DNA of 15,773 bases from Candidatus Krumholzibacteriia bacterium (GTDB taxonomy: Bacteria > Krumholzibacteriota > Krumholzibacteriia > WVZY01): assembly GCA_036478295.1 (NCBI GenBank), contig JAZGDW010000167.1, forward strand, positions 1 through 15,773, read 5' to 3'. Below are positions 1-8,465 of this stretch, in pieces; within the stretch, counting starts at the first letter, position 1, and every line of letters begins with the position of its first letter. The notes under the pieces were generated by a model. That model was not told the DNA's origin and searched no databases. It saw nothing but the letters and a program-made list of their open reading frames with translations. A program made the translations under genes and the position numbers.

Positions 1-45
1 GGCGGGTGATCCTCGCTCGTTCCCGCAACGGCTCCGTCACCAACC
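1..45. repeat. 45-bp exact direct repeat shared with the window end (15729-15773); part of a palindromic REP/MITE-like element
   Basis: GGCGGGTGATCCTCGCTCGTTCCCGCAACGGCTCCGTCACCAACC is identical at 1-45 and 15729-15773. Confidence 0.95.
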
Positions 46-98
46 CAACAACGCACCGCCTCACCTCGTTCCCCGACGGCTCCGTCAACAATCCAACA
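16..98. repeat. Imperfect tandem duplication of a ~35-bp unit
   Basis: 16-50 CTCGTTCCCGCAACGGCTCCGTCACCAACCCAACA versus 65-98 CTCGTTCCCCGACGGCTCCGTCAACAATCCAACA. Confidence 0.85.
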
Positions 99-186
99 GG
101 CCGCCCCCCCGAAGCCGACAGTGGAGCGCGCCGAGGACTGTCTGAGCCGGAGAACACCCATCCGTCACGCCCTGACAAAAGCACGT

Positions 187-555
187 TTACTCGTACGATG
201 CGGGGGTCTCGCCGATATCGACGATACTGCAGGCCACCACCGGCGTCAGGCCGAGCGCACGGGCCTTGTCGATGACCTCGGTGCTCTCGCTGCCGGGATT
301 CAGGAACAGCTCCTTCGTGCCCTTCTTTGCGACCTCATCCAGGACATTCAATGTTATCTGCGGGGGGAGGTAGACCGTAACGCGGTCGATGTTCCCGGGG
401 ATATCGAGCACGGAACCGAAGGCGGGGAGGCCTTCGATCGTCTCTTCGCGGGGGTTTACCGGAAAAACCTTGTGGCCCTGCTTCAGGTACGCGCGCACCG
501 ATTTGTTGCCGAATTTGGTCCGGTCGTTCGATGCGCCGATGATGGCGATGTTCAT
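187..555 (-). CDS. CoA-binding protein (YccU-like, CoA_binding_2 family)
   Basis: 122 aa; IAIIGAS..RTKFG, VFPVNP, IDRVTVYLPP, LFLNPG and C-terminal ACSI motifs typical of the family. Confidence 0.9.
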   Translation of the reverse strand: MNIAIIGASNDRTKFGNKSVRAYLKQGHKVFPVNPREETIEGLPAFGSVLDIPGNIDRVTVYLPPQITLNVLDEVAKKGTKELFLNPGSESTEVIDKARALGLTPVVACSIVDIGETPASYE

Positions 556-606
556 GAAAGTTCACTCACGTGGGAACGTGCAAGTACCAAGGCTGGGGGG
601 CTTCGG

Positions 607-1362
607 CTAGCCGTCCTTCTTCGCTTGCCGGGACGCGTCAGCGTCGAGCCTTGCGGTCAGGTAGACCCGGCGTACGCCGAATCTTAGTGCTTCCATACGG
701 GACGGGAACCAGATGTCGGCGCGGTTGTCCCAGCGTGCGTTCATGGAGTCTTCCACCAGAAAATCACCCAGGCCGGGGATGCGGACGTAGTCGCCGAAAG
801 AAAACGGGGCGCCTGGGGTGTAGTGTGTCAGCAGGTCACGCGACAGAGCGAGAATACCATTGCGGGTCCGGGTGTTGGCGGCGGTGATAAAGGGCGTGCT
901 GTCGGTCTCCCGCACGGAGCTCGAATAACCGGTCGCGACGACCTTGACGACGACCTCCTCGCCGTAGCGCAGGGTGTAGCCGCTGTCGAGCAGGATTTCG
1001 GTCAGCCGGGACTGCTCACCCAGGAGCTGGCGCACCGAGGATTCCAGAAAGCTGGACTCAGTGGCGGCGGTAAGACTCAAGGTCCGGTAGGCCCGGCTCT
1101 GGTCCACGCGCCGGCCCCTCTCGACCATGTATAGCGTGGTCGGGGTCGCCACCATGGCGGCCAGCACGCCTGCCATGACGGCCCGCCCGGGTGTGAGCCC
1201 GGCCCGCAGGGCCAAAGCTCCATGCACGAACCGCTGCGGGACCTCACGGACGGCCAGGACCGCGATCATGCGGGCCTTGCCAAGCCCAAGCGCGACGCGA
1301 TTGAACGCCCAGATGCTTTCCTGTCTCAACCTCGATGCGAAAGATGCGAAATCGGTGTTCAT
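607..1362 (-). CDS. Membrane-anchored 3D-domain (MltA-like double-psi barrel) cell-wall protein
   Basis: C-terminal VVATGYSS..TDSTPFITA..ALSRDLL..VEDSMNARW..ADIWF..ALRFG pattern; hydrophobic segment AVMAGVLAAMVATPTTLYMV; GGAGAGG RBS at 1364-1370. Confidence 0.8.
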   Translation of the reverse strand: MNTDFASFASRLRQESIWAFNRVALGLGKARMIAVLAVREVPQRFVHGALALRAGLTPGRAVMAGVLAAMVATPTTLYMVERGRRVDQSRAYRTLSLTAATESSFLESSVRQLLGEQSRLTEILLDSGYTLRYGEEVVVKVVATGYSSSVRETDSTPFITAANTRTRNGILALSRDLLTHYTPGAPFSFGDYVRIPGLGDFLVEDSMNARWDNRADIWFPSRMEALRFGVRRVYLTARLDADASRQAKKDG

Positions 1363-1437
1363 ACCTCTCCGATAGCAAAAGAACCAACGATGTTGGTCCA
1401 GTGATATCCGCCCATGGGGCGCTGATTGACTACCTTA

Positions 1438-1467
1438 ATTATACAATTTGGGCCGCCTGGAGGTCAA
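1438..1467 (-). promoter_or_regulatory. Sigma70-type promoter for the 3D-domain gene
   Basis: Minus strand TTGACC (1467-1462), 18-nt spacer, TATAAT (1443-1438), about 75 nt upstream of the ATG. Confidence 0.75.
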
Positions 1468-1562
1468 CCGCAAAAGTCGTTCCGGCGCCGATTCATAGGT
1501 ATAATTAGTTTATTTATAACAAGTTAAGAAAATTGTCTTCCGGCTCATCACGTTGAAATCCG

Positions 1563-1582
1563 GACCCTGAAAAGGGTCTTTT
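1563..1582. terminator. Terminator-like hairpin downstream of the 1630-2367 gene
   Basis: GACCCT-GAAA-AGGGTC followed by TTTT on +; flanked by ATCCGG/CCGGAT. The U-tract is on the + strand, opposite to the adjacent genes. Confidence 0.4.
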
Positions 1583-1629
1583 GGGCCGGATCGGACGGGG
1601 TGGGTGGTTACGCCCGGCGTACCCGGTGA

Positions 1630-2367
1630 CTACTGAGAGGCTTCGGGTCGCGTGTACTTGGTGAGCGGTGGGTCGTCGAAGGCGCCCTCGAGAAAGATCT
1701 CCGTGTTCGAGGCTGGAAAGTCCATATAAACGGGGAGCTTACGCTTGGGGTCGAAATACCCGAAGAAGACGGAGCCCTGTTGGATGCTGAAGTGGTACTT
1801 GCGGCACACGCTGGGTGGGGTGGTGGCTACCTCCACCTCGCTCTCGATGAGGGCCAGGCACGGAGACGCAATAAAATCGATGGGAAAGAACACGGAGACC
1901 CGCTGGTACAGCTCTTCGGAGGCGGCAACCGTGTTGAGCAGGAGCACCTGGTGCTCGACCATGTAGTTTTCGAAAAACACCTTTCGTCCGCTGAGGTTCT
2001 TCGACGACGGGTAGTGCTCCTCCCCAAAGACCAAATCCCCCGTGATGGAGTCACCGTCCACCCAGACCGTTCCCGACACATTCGCCCCCCCCCGGCGACC
2101 CTCGTAGGAGAAGGAGCGGGGCTCCAGGTCGTCCGCCGCCACCTCGGTGCGACAGCGGAGGTCGAGCTGGAACTCGTCCCAATCCACCGTCGTGTGGCCC
2201 TCGAAGACTAAGGCGTCTCCCTTTTCCGTAATCTTGATGACGCTTTTGCCCGCAAGTTCACCGGAAACGTAGATGCGGTAGGTGACTTCAGGGGGAAACG
2301 TCGCCGGCCGCGCGGTAGCGGCAACCGCGACGAGAATACCCCACATTATGACGGTGATCCTTCGCAT
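1630..2367 (-). CDS. Exported hypothetical protein, beta-strand rich
   Basis: 245 aa; Sec-type signal peptide MRRITVIMWGILVAVAATA; alternating beta-strand pattern loosely reminiscent of DUF3108/DUF6134-type proteins (unverified). Confidence 0.75.
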   Translation of the reverse strand: MRRITVIMWGILVAVAATARPATFPPEVTYRIYVSGELAGKSVIKITEKGDALVFEGHTTVDWDEFQLDLRCRTEVAADDLEPRSFSYEGRRGGANVSGTVWVDGDSITGDLVFGEEHYPSSKNLSGRKVFFENYMVEHQVLLLNTVAASEELYQRVSVFFPIDFIASPCLALIESEVEVATTPPSVCRKYHFSIQQGSVFFGYFDPKRKLPVYMDFPASNTEIFLEGAFDDPPLTKYTRPEASQ

Positions 2368-2460
2368 GTCCCTACATTATCGGGTATTTACGGGGATTTT
2401 TCCAGTCAAAAAGCGGTGCGCGTGCTGCTTCCCGTGCCGGGTCCTGACCCACTGCCCGGG

Positions 2461-3951
2461 CTACTTCTTGTTCGCCAGCGACTGCAGAAATCGCAGCACG
2501 AGGTCCACGCCGTATCCCGTGGCCCCCTTGCTGTGATAGGAGACCTTGCCGGTCTCGCTCCAGAACGTGCCCGCGATGTCGACGTGCACCCAGGGCGTCT
2601 TGCCCACGAATTCTCCCAGCAGCGCTGCCGCCGTAATGGTGGAGCCATCCCGGCCGGAGTAGTTCTTGTAATCGGAGATGTCGCCCTTGATCGATTCAGA
2701 GAACTTCTTATCGAGGGGCAGCTGCCATGCCGGCTCGCCGGCCACCGCGCCGGCCTCGAGCAGCCGGTCGATGTGCGGCTGGCTGGTGCCCATGACGCCG
2801 GCGATCCGCGTGCCGAGCGCGATGACCACGGCGCCGGTGAGCGTCGCAAAGTCCATGATGAAATCGGGCTTGAATTCCGCCGCGTAGGCGAGCGCGTCCG
2901 ACAGTATGAGCCGGCCTTCGGCATCCGTGGAGAGTACTTCTATGGTCTTGCCGGTGTAGGTCGTGATGACGTCACCGGGCCGAAACGCGTTGCCCCCCGG
3001 CATATTCTCCACCGCCGGCACCAGCCCGATAATCTCGAGCGGCAGTTTCATACGGGCCGCGGCCGCCACGACGCAGAGCACCAGCGCGCCGCCGGCCATG
3101 TCCCCCTTCATTTCTTCCATGTGCTGCCACGGCTTGATCGAAATGCCGCCGGTATCGAACGTGACCGCCTTGCCGACCAGGCACACCCTTGCGCGGGTGG
3201 ATTTGCCCTTGTTGTAATGCAGGTTGATAAAGCGAGGCTCTTCTTTGCTGCCCCGGGCGACACTGAGCACCGCCCCCATCTTCATCTTTTGGAGCTCGCG
3301 AAGTCCCAGGACCCGGCACTGCAGGCCGTGGTCCTTGGCCAGTTTCTGCGCTTCGGTCGCGAGCCGGGCCGGGGTGAGGAAATTCGCCGGTAGGTTGACG
3401 AGGTCCCGCACCTTCTGGTTGTACTCGGCGACCATGTGGGCGCGGCGCATCGCCGAGGACACGGCCTTGCTGGATCCGGCCATCAGTGCGAGCTTCTTCA
3501 GCTCGGTCGGCTGTTTTCTCTCGCCGAGAAAGAACGTGTACTGGGCGAGCAGAAATCCCTTGAGAAACGGGTGCAGCCGCTCGTCCGGCGATTCCTCCAG
3601 CACATCCGATGCGAACAGGTGGCAGCTGCCAAAGCGATGCTTTTTCAGCAACTTCGAAGCGCTGCCGCCGGCGGCCGCCATGCGTTCCGGATCCATTTTT
3701 TCGCGCTTGCCCAACCCGACGAGAAGGACGTAGTCGGGCGCCCTGGGGAGGTGGAGTCCCAGCAGAAGAGTTTCGCCGGCTTCGGCCTTGAAATGGCCGC
3801 TTTTCAGCGTCTTGCTGATCGCGGAATGGCACAGCACGTCCAGTTTTTTGACCAACCCCGTCGGCTTCTTGTCGCCCTCATACAGGGGCAGCACGACGAC
3901 CTCTTCTTTGCCGGTGAATTCCGCTTTTACGCGAACGATACGACTGATCAT
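2461..3951 (-). CDS. pepA: Leucyl aminopeptidase, M17 family
   Basis: 496 aa; GKAVTFDTGGISIKP, MKGDMAGG, STDAEGRLILSDAL, DFATLTGA and WVHVDIAG motifs. Confidence 0.96.
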   Translation of the reverse strand: MISRIVRVKAEFTGKEEVVVLPLYEGDKKPTGLVKKLDVLCHSAISKTLKSGHFKAEAGETLLLGLHLPRAPDYVLLVGLGKREKMDPERMAAAGGSASKLLKKHRFGSCHLFASDVLEESPDERLHPFLKGFLLAQYTFFLGERKQPTELKKLALMAGSSKAVSSAMRRAHMVAEYNQKVRDLVNLPANFLTPARLATEAQKLAKDHGLQCRVLGLRELQKMKMGAVLSVARGSKEEPRFINLHYNKGKSTRARVCLVGKAVTFDTGGISIKPWQHMEEMKGDMAGGALVLCVVAAAARMKLPLEIIGLVPAVENMPGGNAFRPGDVITTYTGKTIEVLSTDAEGRLILSDALAYAAEFKPDFIMDFATLTGAVVIALGTRIAGVMGTSQPHIDRLLEAGAVAGEPAWQLPLDKKFSESIKGDISDYKNYSGRDGSTITAAALLGEFVGKTPWVHVDIAGTFWSETGKVSYHSKGATGYGVDLVLRFLQSLANKK

Positions 3952-4084
3952 GAATGCTCCGCGGGAAATGGCCCTTTAAGCAGGCGTCAGATCCGGTTGT
4001 GCCAAGAACGAAACGGAGGAGCGCACCCTGTCTCTACAGAAAATAGAGCGCGCCGGTCGGACAGACACGCACACACAAAAAACA

Positions 4085-4113
4085 ATTATCGCACAGGGTT
4101 TTGTCGAGCTCAA
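4085..4113 (-). promoter_or_regulatory. Putative sigma70 promoter for pepA
   Basis: Minus strand TTGAGC (4113-4108), 17 nt, GATAAT (4090-4085) with extended -10 TG. Confidence 0.5.
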
Positions 4114-4123
4114 GCGTCAATCA

Positions 4124-4936
4124 TCAGAAGAACGTGGACACGCCCAGGCTGAGAGTGAAGCCTGTGTAGTCGACGTCGAATGACAACGGCTGAACGCCCG
4201 CCGAGGCGGTGGGTGCGGTGATAACGAACTTGCTCTGGGCGAGCTGAGCCCGTGCTTCGACGTTGAACGCCAAGGAATTTCGTATGTGATAGAGAAAGCC
4301 CAGGATGCCGTGGACGCCAGGAGTCGTATCGGTGTCGGATACGTCGGCGACGAGGTCGCGGAACGAGGCGCCGGTCGCTGCGGAGACCACGGTTTCGTCA
4401 AAATCAGCGATGGGGAAATACATACTGAACCCACCGCCGAGATAGACCTGGAATTCGTCAACCGACGCGTCCTGAAAGTAATAAATACCCGATGCCTCCA
4501 CTGACAACAAAGTGACGTCGAACTCGCGGGTGAAATCCACCAGCGTGGAAATCGTGTCGGAGGGGGACGCAAAGGCCGCGGTCTTGCCCTTGCTCTGAGA
4601 GCTGAGGAATCCCGCGCCGCCCTTGACACGAAACGCGAACTGCGGGTGCATCTTGACCGTGTAGGTCAAGTCGAGCTGCACCCCTGAACTGAAGTCTTCC
4701 GTGAACAGAAAACGCTCAAAGGTGGCCGGCACCAGTCCGTCGAGGTGGGCCCACATATCCACGTTGTCCGCACCGCCGAGGAAGCCAACGCTGAACGTGA
4801 AGGATCGCCTCGGAATCGGCCCGTGGTACTTCCTGGGCTTCAAGATTGGCTTGCCGTGTATTTGCGGGGTGGGGGGGATGAACAGGTATGACAGTATCAG
4901 CGAAACCAGGAATGTCGCCAACAAACGTTTATTCAT
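4124..4936 (-). CDS. Outer-membrane beta-barrel protein (probably a small OmpA/OmpW-like barrel)
   Basis: Signal-like N-terminus, amphipathic strands (QVYLGGGFSMY, GVHGILGFLY, LAFNVEARAQ), C-terminal YTGFTLSLGVSTFF ending in Phe; GGAGGT RBS at 4941-4946. Confidence 0.8.
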   Translation of the reverse strand: MNKRLLATFLVSLILSYLFIPPTPQIHGKPILKPRKYHGPIPRRSFTFSVGFLGGADNVDMWAHLDGLVPATFERFLFTEDFSSGVQLDLTYTVKMHPQFAFRVKGGAGFLSSQSKGKTAAFASPSDTISTLVDFTREFDVTLLSVEASGIYYFQDASVDEFQVYLGGGFSMYFPIADFDETVVSAATGASFRDLVADVSDTDTTPGVHGILGFLYHIRNSLAFNVEARAQLAQSKFVITAPTASAGVQPLSFDVDYTGFTLSLGVSTFF

Positions 4937-4957
4937 TCACACCTCCGTACGCTTTGT

Positions 4958-4986
4958 TTAATATACAAAAGCAGACGTAATGTCAA
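4958..4986 (-). promoter_or_regulatory. Putative sigma70 promoter for the beta-barrel gene
   Basis: Perfect TTGACA (4986-4981) followed by TATATT at 15 nt or TATTAA at 17 nt spacing. Confidence 0.55.
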
Positions 4987-5005
4987 CTTTTTCCTTTGGT
5001 TATTT

Positions 5006-5024
5006 GATAATCGTCACGATTATG
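5006..5024. promoter_or_regulatory. Perfect 8-1-8 palindrome, Fur-box-like operator candidate
   Basis: ATAATCGT-C-ACGATTAT at 5007-5023 between divergent promoters; 13/19 match to GATAATGATAATCATTATC. Confidence 0.5.
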
Positions 5025-5078
5025 TTTCGTGCCCGCGCGCCAGACGCGCTCTCGCGCCCAGGGTGCCCGCTTAGGCTC

Positions 5079-5107
5079 TTGACACACCGATTCGCCGCTG
5101 CTACAGT
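5079..5107 (+). promoter_or_regulatory. Sigma70 promoter of the ywlE-ilvE-glyA run
   Basis: TTGACA (5079-5084), 17 nt, TACAGT (5102-5107) with extended -10 TG. Confidence 0.75.
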
Positions 5108-5139
5108 GGAGAACACATCGTGATCGAAGGGTGACGACG

Positions 5140-5622
5140 TTGAAGAACATACTCTTTGTTTGTACGGGTAATACATGTCGGAGTCCACTAGCAGTTGGAA
5201 TCGCTAAAAAACTGTTTTCACAGAACGACTACGACGTAAGTTCGGCCGGTTCCGCGGCCGCAGATGGTGCGCCAGCATCCCCGCTGGCTGTTGAAGTTGC
5301 AAGCGCGAAGGCGATAGACGTCACCGATCATCAGGCCAGGTTACTGAGCAGGACGCTGGTAAGAGACGCGGATTTAATAGTAGTAATGGCCTCGGGCCAC
5401 CGTGACACGGTCGGGGTCATCGAACCTTCGGCGCTCGCGTACACGTATCTTCTAAGTGGTTTCTGCGATGACGTGGAGGGTGATATTGTCGACCCTATCG
5501 GCATGGGGAAAGAAGTCTACGAAGCGAGCTTCGCGGTGATAGTGAAGTGCGTCGAGGCAATGCGGAAGAAAATCGAAACATTCGACGGTTGGAAAACCAT
5601 CGAGTTTGAACGGGAAGGTTGA
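5140..5622 (+). CDS. ywlE: Low-molecular-weight protein phosphatase, YwlE-like (protein-arginine phosphatase type)
   Basis: P-loop ILFVCTGNTCRSPLA, SSAG, ADLIVVM, DIVDPIG; TTG at 5140 is preferred over GTG at 5131 from RBS spacing (GAAGGG 5126-5131). Confidence 0.85.
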   Translation: MKNILFVCTGNTCRSPLAVGIAKKLFSQNDYDVSSAGSAAADGAPASPLAVEVASAKAIDVTDHQARLLSRTLVRDADLIVVMASGHRDTVGVIEPSALAYTYLLSGFCDDVEGDIVDPIGMGKEVYEASFAVIVKCVEAMRKKIETFDGWKTIEFEREG

Positions 5623-5623
5623 T

Positions 5624-6544
5624 ATGGCACTCGAGAAAACCGATAAGATCTGGATGGACGGGGAATTCGTTGATTGGGATGACGCAAAGATTCACGTTTG
5701 CTCGCACGTGATTCACTACGGCACGGCGGTGTTCGAGGGAATGAGATCCTACAAGACACCAGCGGGGACGATGGCTTTCCGTCTCGGCACGCACGTGGAT
5801 CGCTTGTTCAACTCGGCGAAAATATTCCGCATGGACATTCCGTTCTCGAAGCGTGAAATATCGGACGCGATTCTGGGGACGGTAAGAGCCAACAAGCTGG
5901 ACGCGTGCTACATTCGTCCCGTTGTCTATCGCGGCTACGAAGAGCTCGGGGTGAATCCGTTTCCGAATCCGGTCAACGTGTTCGTTGCGGTGTGGAAGTG
6001 GGGAGGGTACCTCGGCGACAACGTGCTGGAGAATGGGGTGGACGTGTGCGTGTCATCGTGGACCCGTATCGCGCCCAACACGCTGCCGGCACTTTCCAAG
6101 TCCGCCGCCAACTACATGAACTCGCAGCTGATCAAGATGGAAGCGATCGTGAACGGCTACGTCGAGGGCATCGCGCTCGACGTGGCCGGCTACGTGAGTG
6201 AGGGAAGCGGCGAGAATCTCTTTATCGTGCAGAACGGCATATTGTGCACGCCGCCGCTTGGCTCTTCCGTGCTGCCGGGCATCACGCGCGACTGTGTGAT
6301 CGAATTCGCCGCCGCGCTCGGCATACCGGTAAAGGAACATATGATCCCGCGCGAGGCGCTCTACATCGCCGATGAAGTCTTCTTCACAGGCAGCGCGGTC
6401 GAGATCACGCCGATTCGCAGCATCGACAAGATTACGATCGGAAAAGGCAAGCGCGGCCCCATTACACAGAAGCTGCAGGAGCAGTTCTTTGGGGTGCTTT
6501 CAGGCGAAGTCGAGGACAAGTACAAGTGGCTGACGCCCGTATGA
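5624..6544 (+). CDS. ilvE: Branched-chain amino acid aminotransferase
   Basis: [44 protein letters not shown] 5624 with GGAAGG RBS. Confidence 0.96.
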   Translation: MALEKTDKIWMDGEFVDWDDAKIHVCSHVIHYGTAVFEGMRSYKTPAGTMAFRLGTHVDRLFNSAKIFRMDIPFSKREISDAILGTVRANKLDACYIRPVVYRGYEELGVNPFPNPVNVFVAVWKWGGYLGDNVLENGVDVCVSSWTRIAPNTLPALSKSAANYMNSQLIKMEAIVNGYVEGIALDVAGYVSEGSGENLFIVQNGILCTPPLGSSVLPGITRDCVIEFAAALGIPVKEHMIPREALYIADEVFFTGSAVEITPIRSIDKITIGKGKRGPITQKLQEQFFGVLSGEVEDKYKWLTPV

Positions 6545-7836
6545 AAGCCGGAGACGAAGTGCTGAACAAAAGCCACGTAAACCAGGATTTCGAGCTCCTG
6601 CAGAAAACCGATCCCGAAATCGCCGCCGCGATCGACGCCGAAGTCGTGCGCCAGCACGGCCAGCTCGAGATGATCGCCTCAGAGAACTTTGCCAGTCGCG
6701 CGGTTCTCGCCGCGAACGGGTCGGTGATGAACAACAAGTACGCCGAGGGTTACCCGGGCAAGCGGTACTACGGCGGCTGCGGTGAGGTCGACAAGGTGGA
6801 AACCCTCGCGCAGGAACGGGCGAAGGCGCTCTTCTCCGCGGACCACGTCAACGTTCAACCGCACTCGGGAAGCCAGGCCAACATGACGGCCTATTTCTCC
6901 CTGCTGTCCCACGGTGACAAGATAATGGGGCTTAGCCTCTCTCACGGCGGCCATCTGACCCATGGGCACCCGGTGAACTTCTCCGGTATGTTCTTCGACG
7001 TCTCTCATTACACCGTCGACAAGGACACCGGCACGATCAACTACGACGCTCTCGAGAGCCAGGTGTTGCAAGAGCGTCCGCGCATGTTCGTTGCCGGCGC
7101 GAGCGCGTACGCCCGGGTTCTGGATTTCCCGCGCCTTAGGCAGATCTGCGACAAGGCGTCCTGTTTTCTCATGGTGGATATGGCGCATATCGCCGGCCTC
7201 ATCGCCGCCGGCATCCATCCGAATCCATCCCCCTACGCAGACGTTGTCACCAGCACCACGCACAAGACGCTGCGGGGGCCGAGGGGCGGATTCGTCCTCT
7301 GCCGGGAAGAGCACCGGGAAAAGGTCGACAAGATGAACTTTCCCGGCACGCAGGGCGGGCCGTTCATGCACGCGATCGCCGCCAAGGCGGTCTGTTTCAA
7401 AGAGGCGATGAGCGATGAATTCAAGGTGTACCAGCGGCAGGTGGTCAAGAACGCCCAGACCCTGGCGCAGTGCTTGATCGACAGCGGGTTCGACGTGGTA
7501 TCCGGCGGTACGGACACCCATCTCTTTCTGGTGGACCTCAGCTCGAAGGGCCTCACCGGCAAGAAAGCGGAGAGGGCGCTCGAACGTGCGGGTATCACGG
7601 TGAACAAGAACACGGTGCCCTTCGATACCAAGAGCCCGTTTGTCACGAGCGGTATCCGCGTGGGCACTCCGGCCCTGACCACGCGGGGCATGAAAGAACC
7701 CGAAATGACAAAAATAGCCGGCTTGATGTGCCGCGTGCTCGAAAACATAGAAGACGAGAGGACGATCCAAGTAGTCGGCGAGGAGACGAAAGTTCTCTGT
7801 GAGACATTTCCTCTTTATGCAGAATACAGAAGCTAA
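6541..7836 (+). CDS. glyA: Serine hydroxymethyltransferase
   Basis: [58 protein letters not shown] overlaps the ilvE stop (ATGA); alternative start GTG 6559. Confidence 0.97.
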   Translation: MKAGDEVLNKSHVNQDFELLQKTDPEIAAAIDAEVVRQHGQLEMIASENFASRAVLAANGSVMNNKYAEGYPGKRYYGGCGEVDKVETLAQERAKALFSADHVNVQPHSGSQANMTAYFSLLSHGDKIMGLSLSHGGHLTHGHPVNFSGMFFDVSHYTVDKDTGTINYDALESQVLQERPRMFVAGASAYARVLDFPRLRQICDKASCFLMVDMAHIAGLIAAGIHPNPSPYADVVTSTTHKTLRGPRGGFVLCREEHREKVDKMNFPGTQGGPFMHAIAAKAVCFKEAMSDEFKVYQRQVVKNAQTLAQCLIDSGFDVVSGGTDTHLFLVDLSSKGLTGKKAERALERAGITVNKNTVPFDTKSPFVTSGIRVGTPALTTRGMKEPEMTKIAGLMCRVLENIEDERTIQVVGEETKVLCETFPLYAEYRS

Positions 7837-7952
7837 TCCGGATTGTATCCTGCACCAGACCCGCACCTACCGAATTGTTTCCGGATCGTCGTGCGCTCGG
7901 TGACTGAAGCGTGTTTTTGGGTTGCGGCGCGCCGTGGGGAAGTGGACAAAAA

Positions 7953-8429
7953 ATGAAATGCCCGCAATGCAACCATATGGAAGACAAGGTAGTCGACTCG
8001 CGAACGACGCGTGAGGGCGCGGCGATCCGCAGGCGCCGGGAATGCCTGAAGTGCGGCAAGAGATACACCTCGTACGAGTACATCGAGAAGGCGCCGTTGA
8101 TGGTGGTCAAGAAAGACGGTAGGCGCGAGGCGTACGACAGAGAGAAACTGTTGACCGGTCTGATACGCGCGTGCGAAAAGCGTCCGGTATCGCGGGAGCA
8201 ACTGGAGAATCTTGTCGAAGAGGTGGAAAGCGCGACTTTCGGAAAGTTCAAACACGAGATTCAGTCTGACGATCTTGGCAACGAGATTATCGACCGGCTG
8301 CAGGCGCTCGACGAAGTGGCCTACGTGCGTTTCGCATCCGTGTACAGGCAGTTCAAAGACATCAATCAATTCCTGAGCGAGATCAAGGGAATCCTCGTCG
8401 ACAAGAACAAGAAAAAGGAAGGAGGCTGA
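7953..8429 (+). CDS. nrdR: Transcriptional repressor NrdR
   Basis: MKCPQC..DKVVDSR..IRRRRECLKC zinc ribbon, ATP cone, VAYVRFASVYRQF. Confidence 0.97.
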   Translation: MKCPQCNHMEDKVVDSRTTREGAAIRRRRECLKCGKRYTSYEYIEKAPLMVVKKDGRREAYDREKLLTGLIRACEKRPVSREQLENLVEEVESATFGKFKHEIQSDDLGNEIIDRLQALDEVAYVRFASVYRQFKDINQFLSEIKGILVDKNKKKEGG

Positions 8430-8465
8430 TCTGACCCGCAGGTCTTCGGCTTCCAGTGTGCGAAC

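Noticed and set aside
1..98. CRISPR array from the ~35-bp repeats
   Set aside because: Only two degenerate units with a 14-bp gap, and no cas genes in the window
6..275. 89-aa plus-strand ORF
   Set aside because: Runs through the repeat element and antisense to the CoA-binding gene; low-complexity translation
2905..2935. pepA STDAEGR instead of NTDAEGR as a sign of inactivation
   Set aside because: The metal-binding Asp/Glu/Lys residues and catalytic Arg are retained; a minor substitution
6679..7866. Long antisense and alternate-frame ORFs (e.g. 6679-7866, 2416-3393, 11737-12852, 13659-14897, 2972-3832)
   Set aside because: Shadow ORFs of well-supported genes in GC-rich DNA; no recognisable motifs
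7837..7952. NrdR box or terminator between glyA and nrdR
   Set aside because: No match to the NrdR-box palindrome; only a weak ATCCGGA/TCCGGAT pairing with no U-tract
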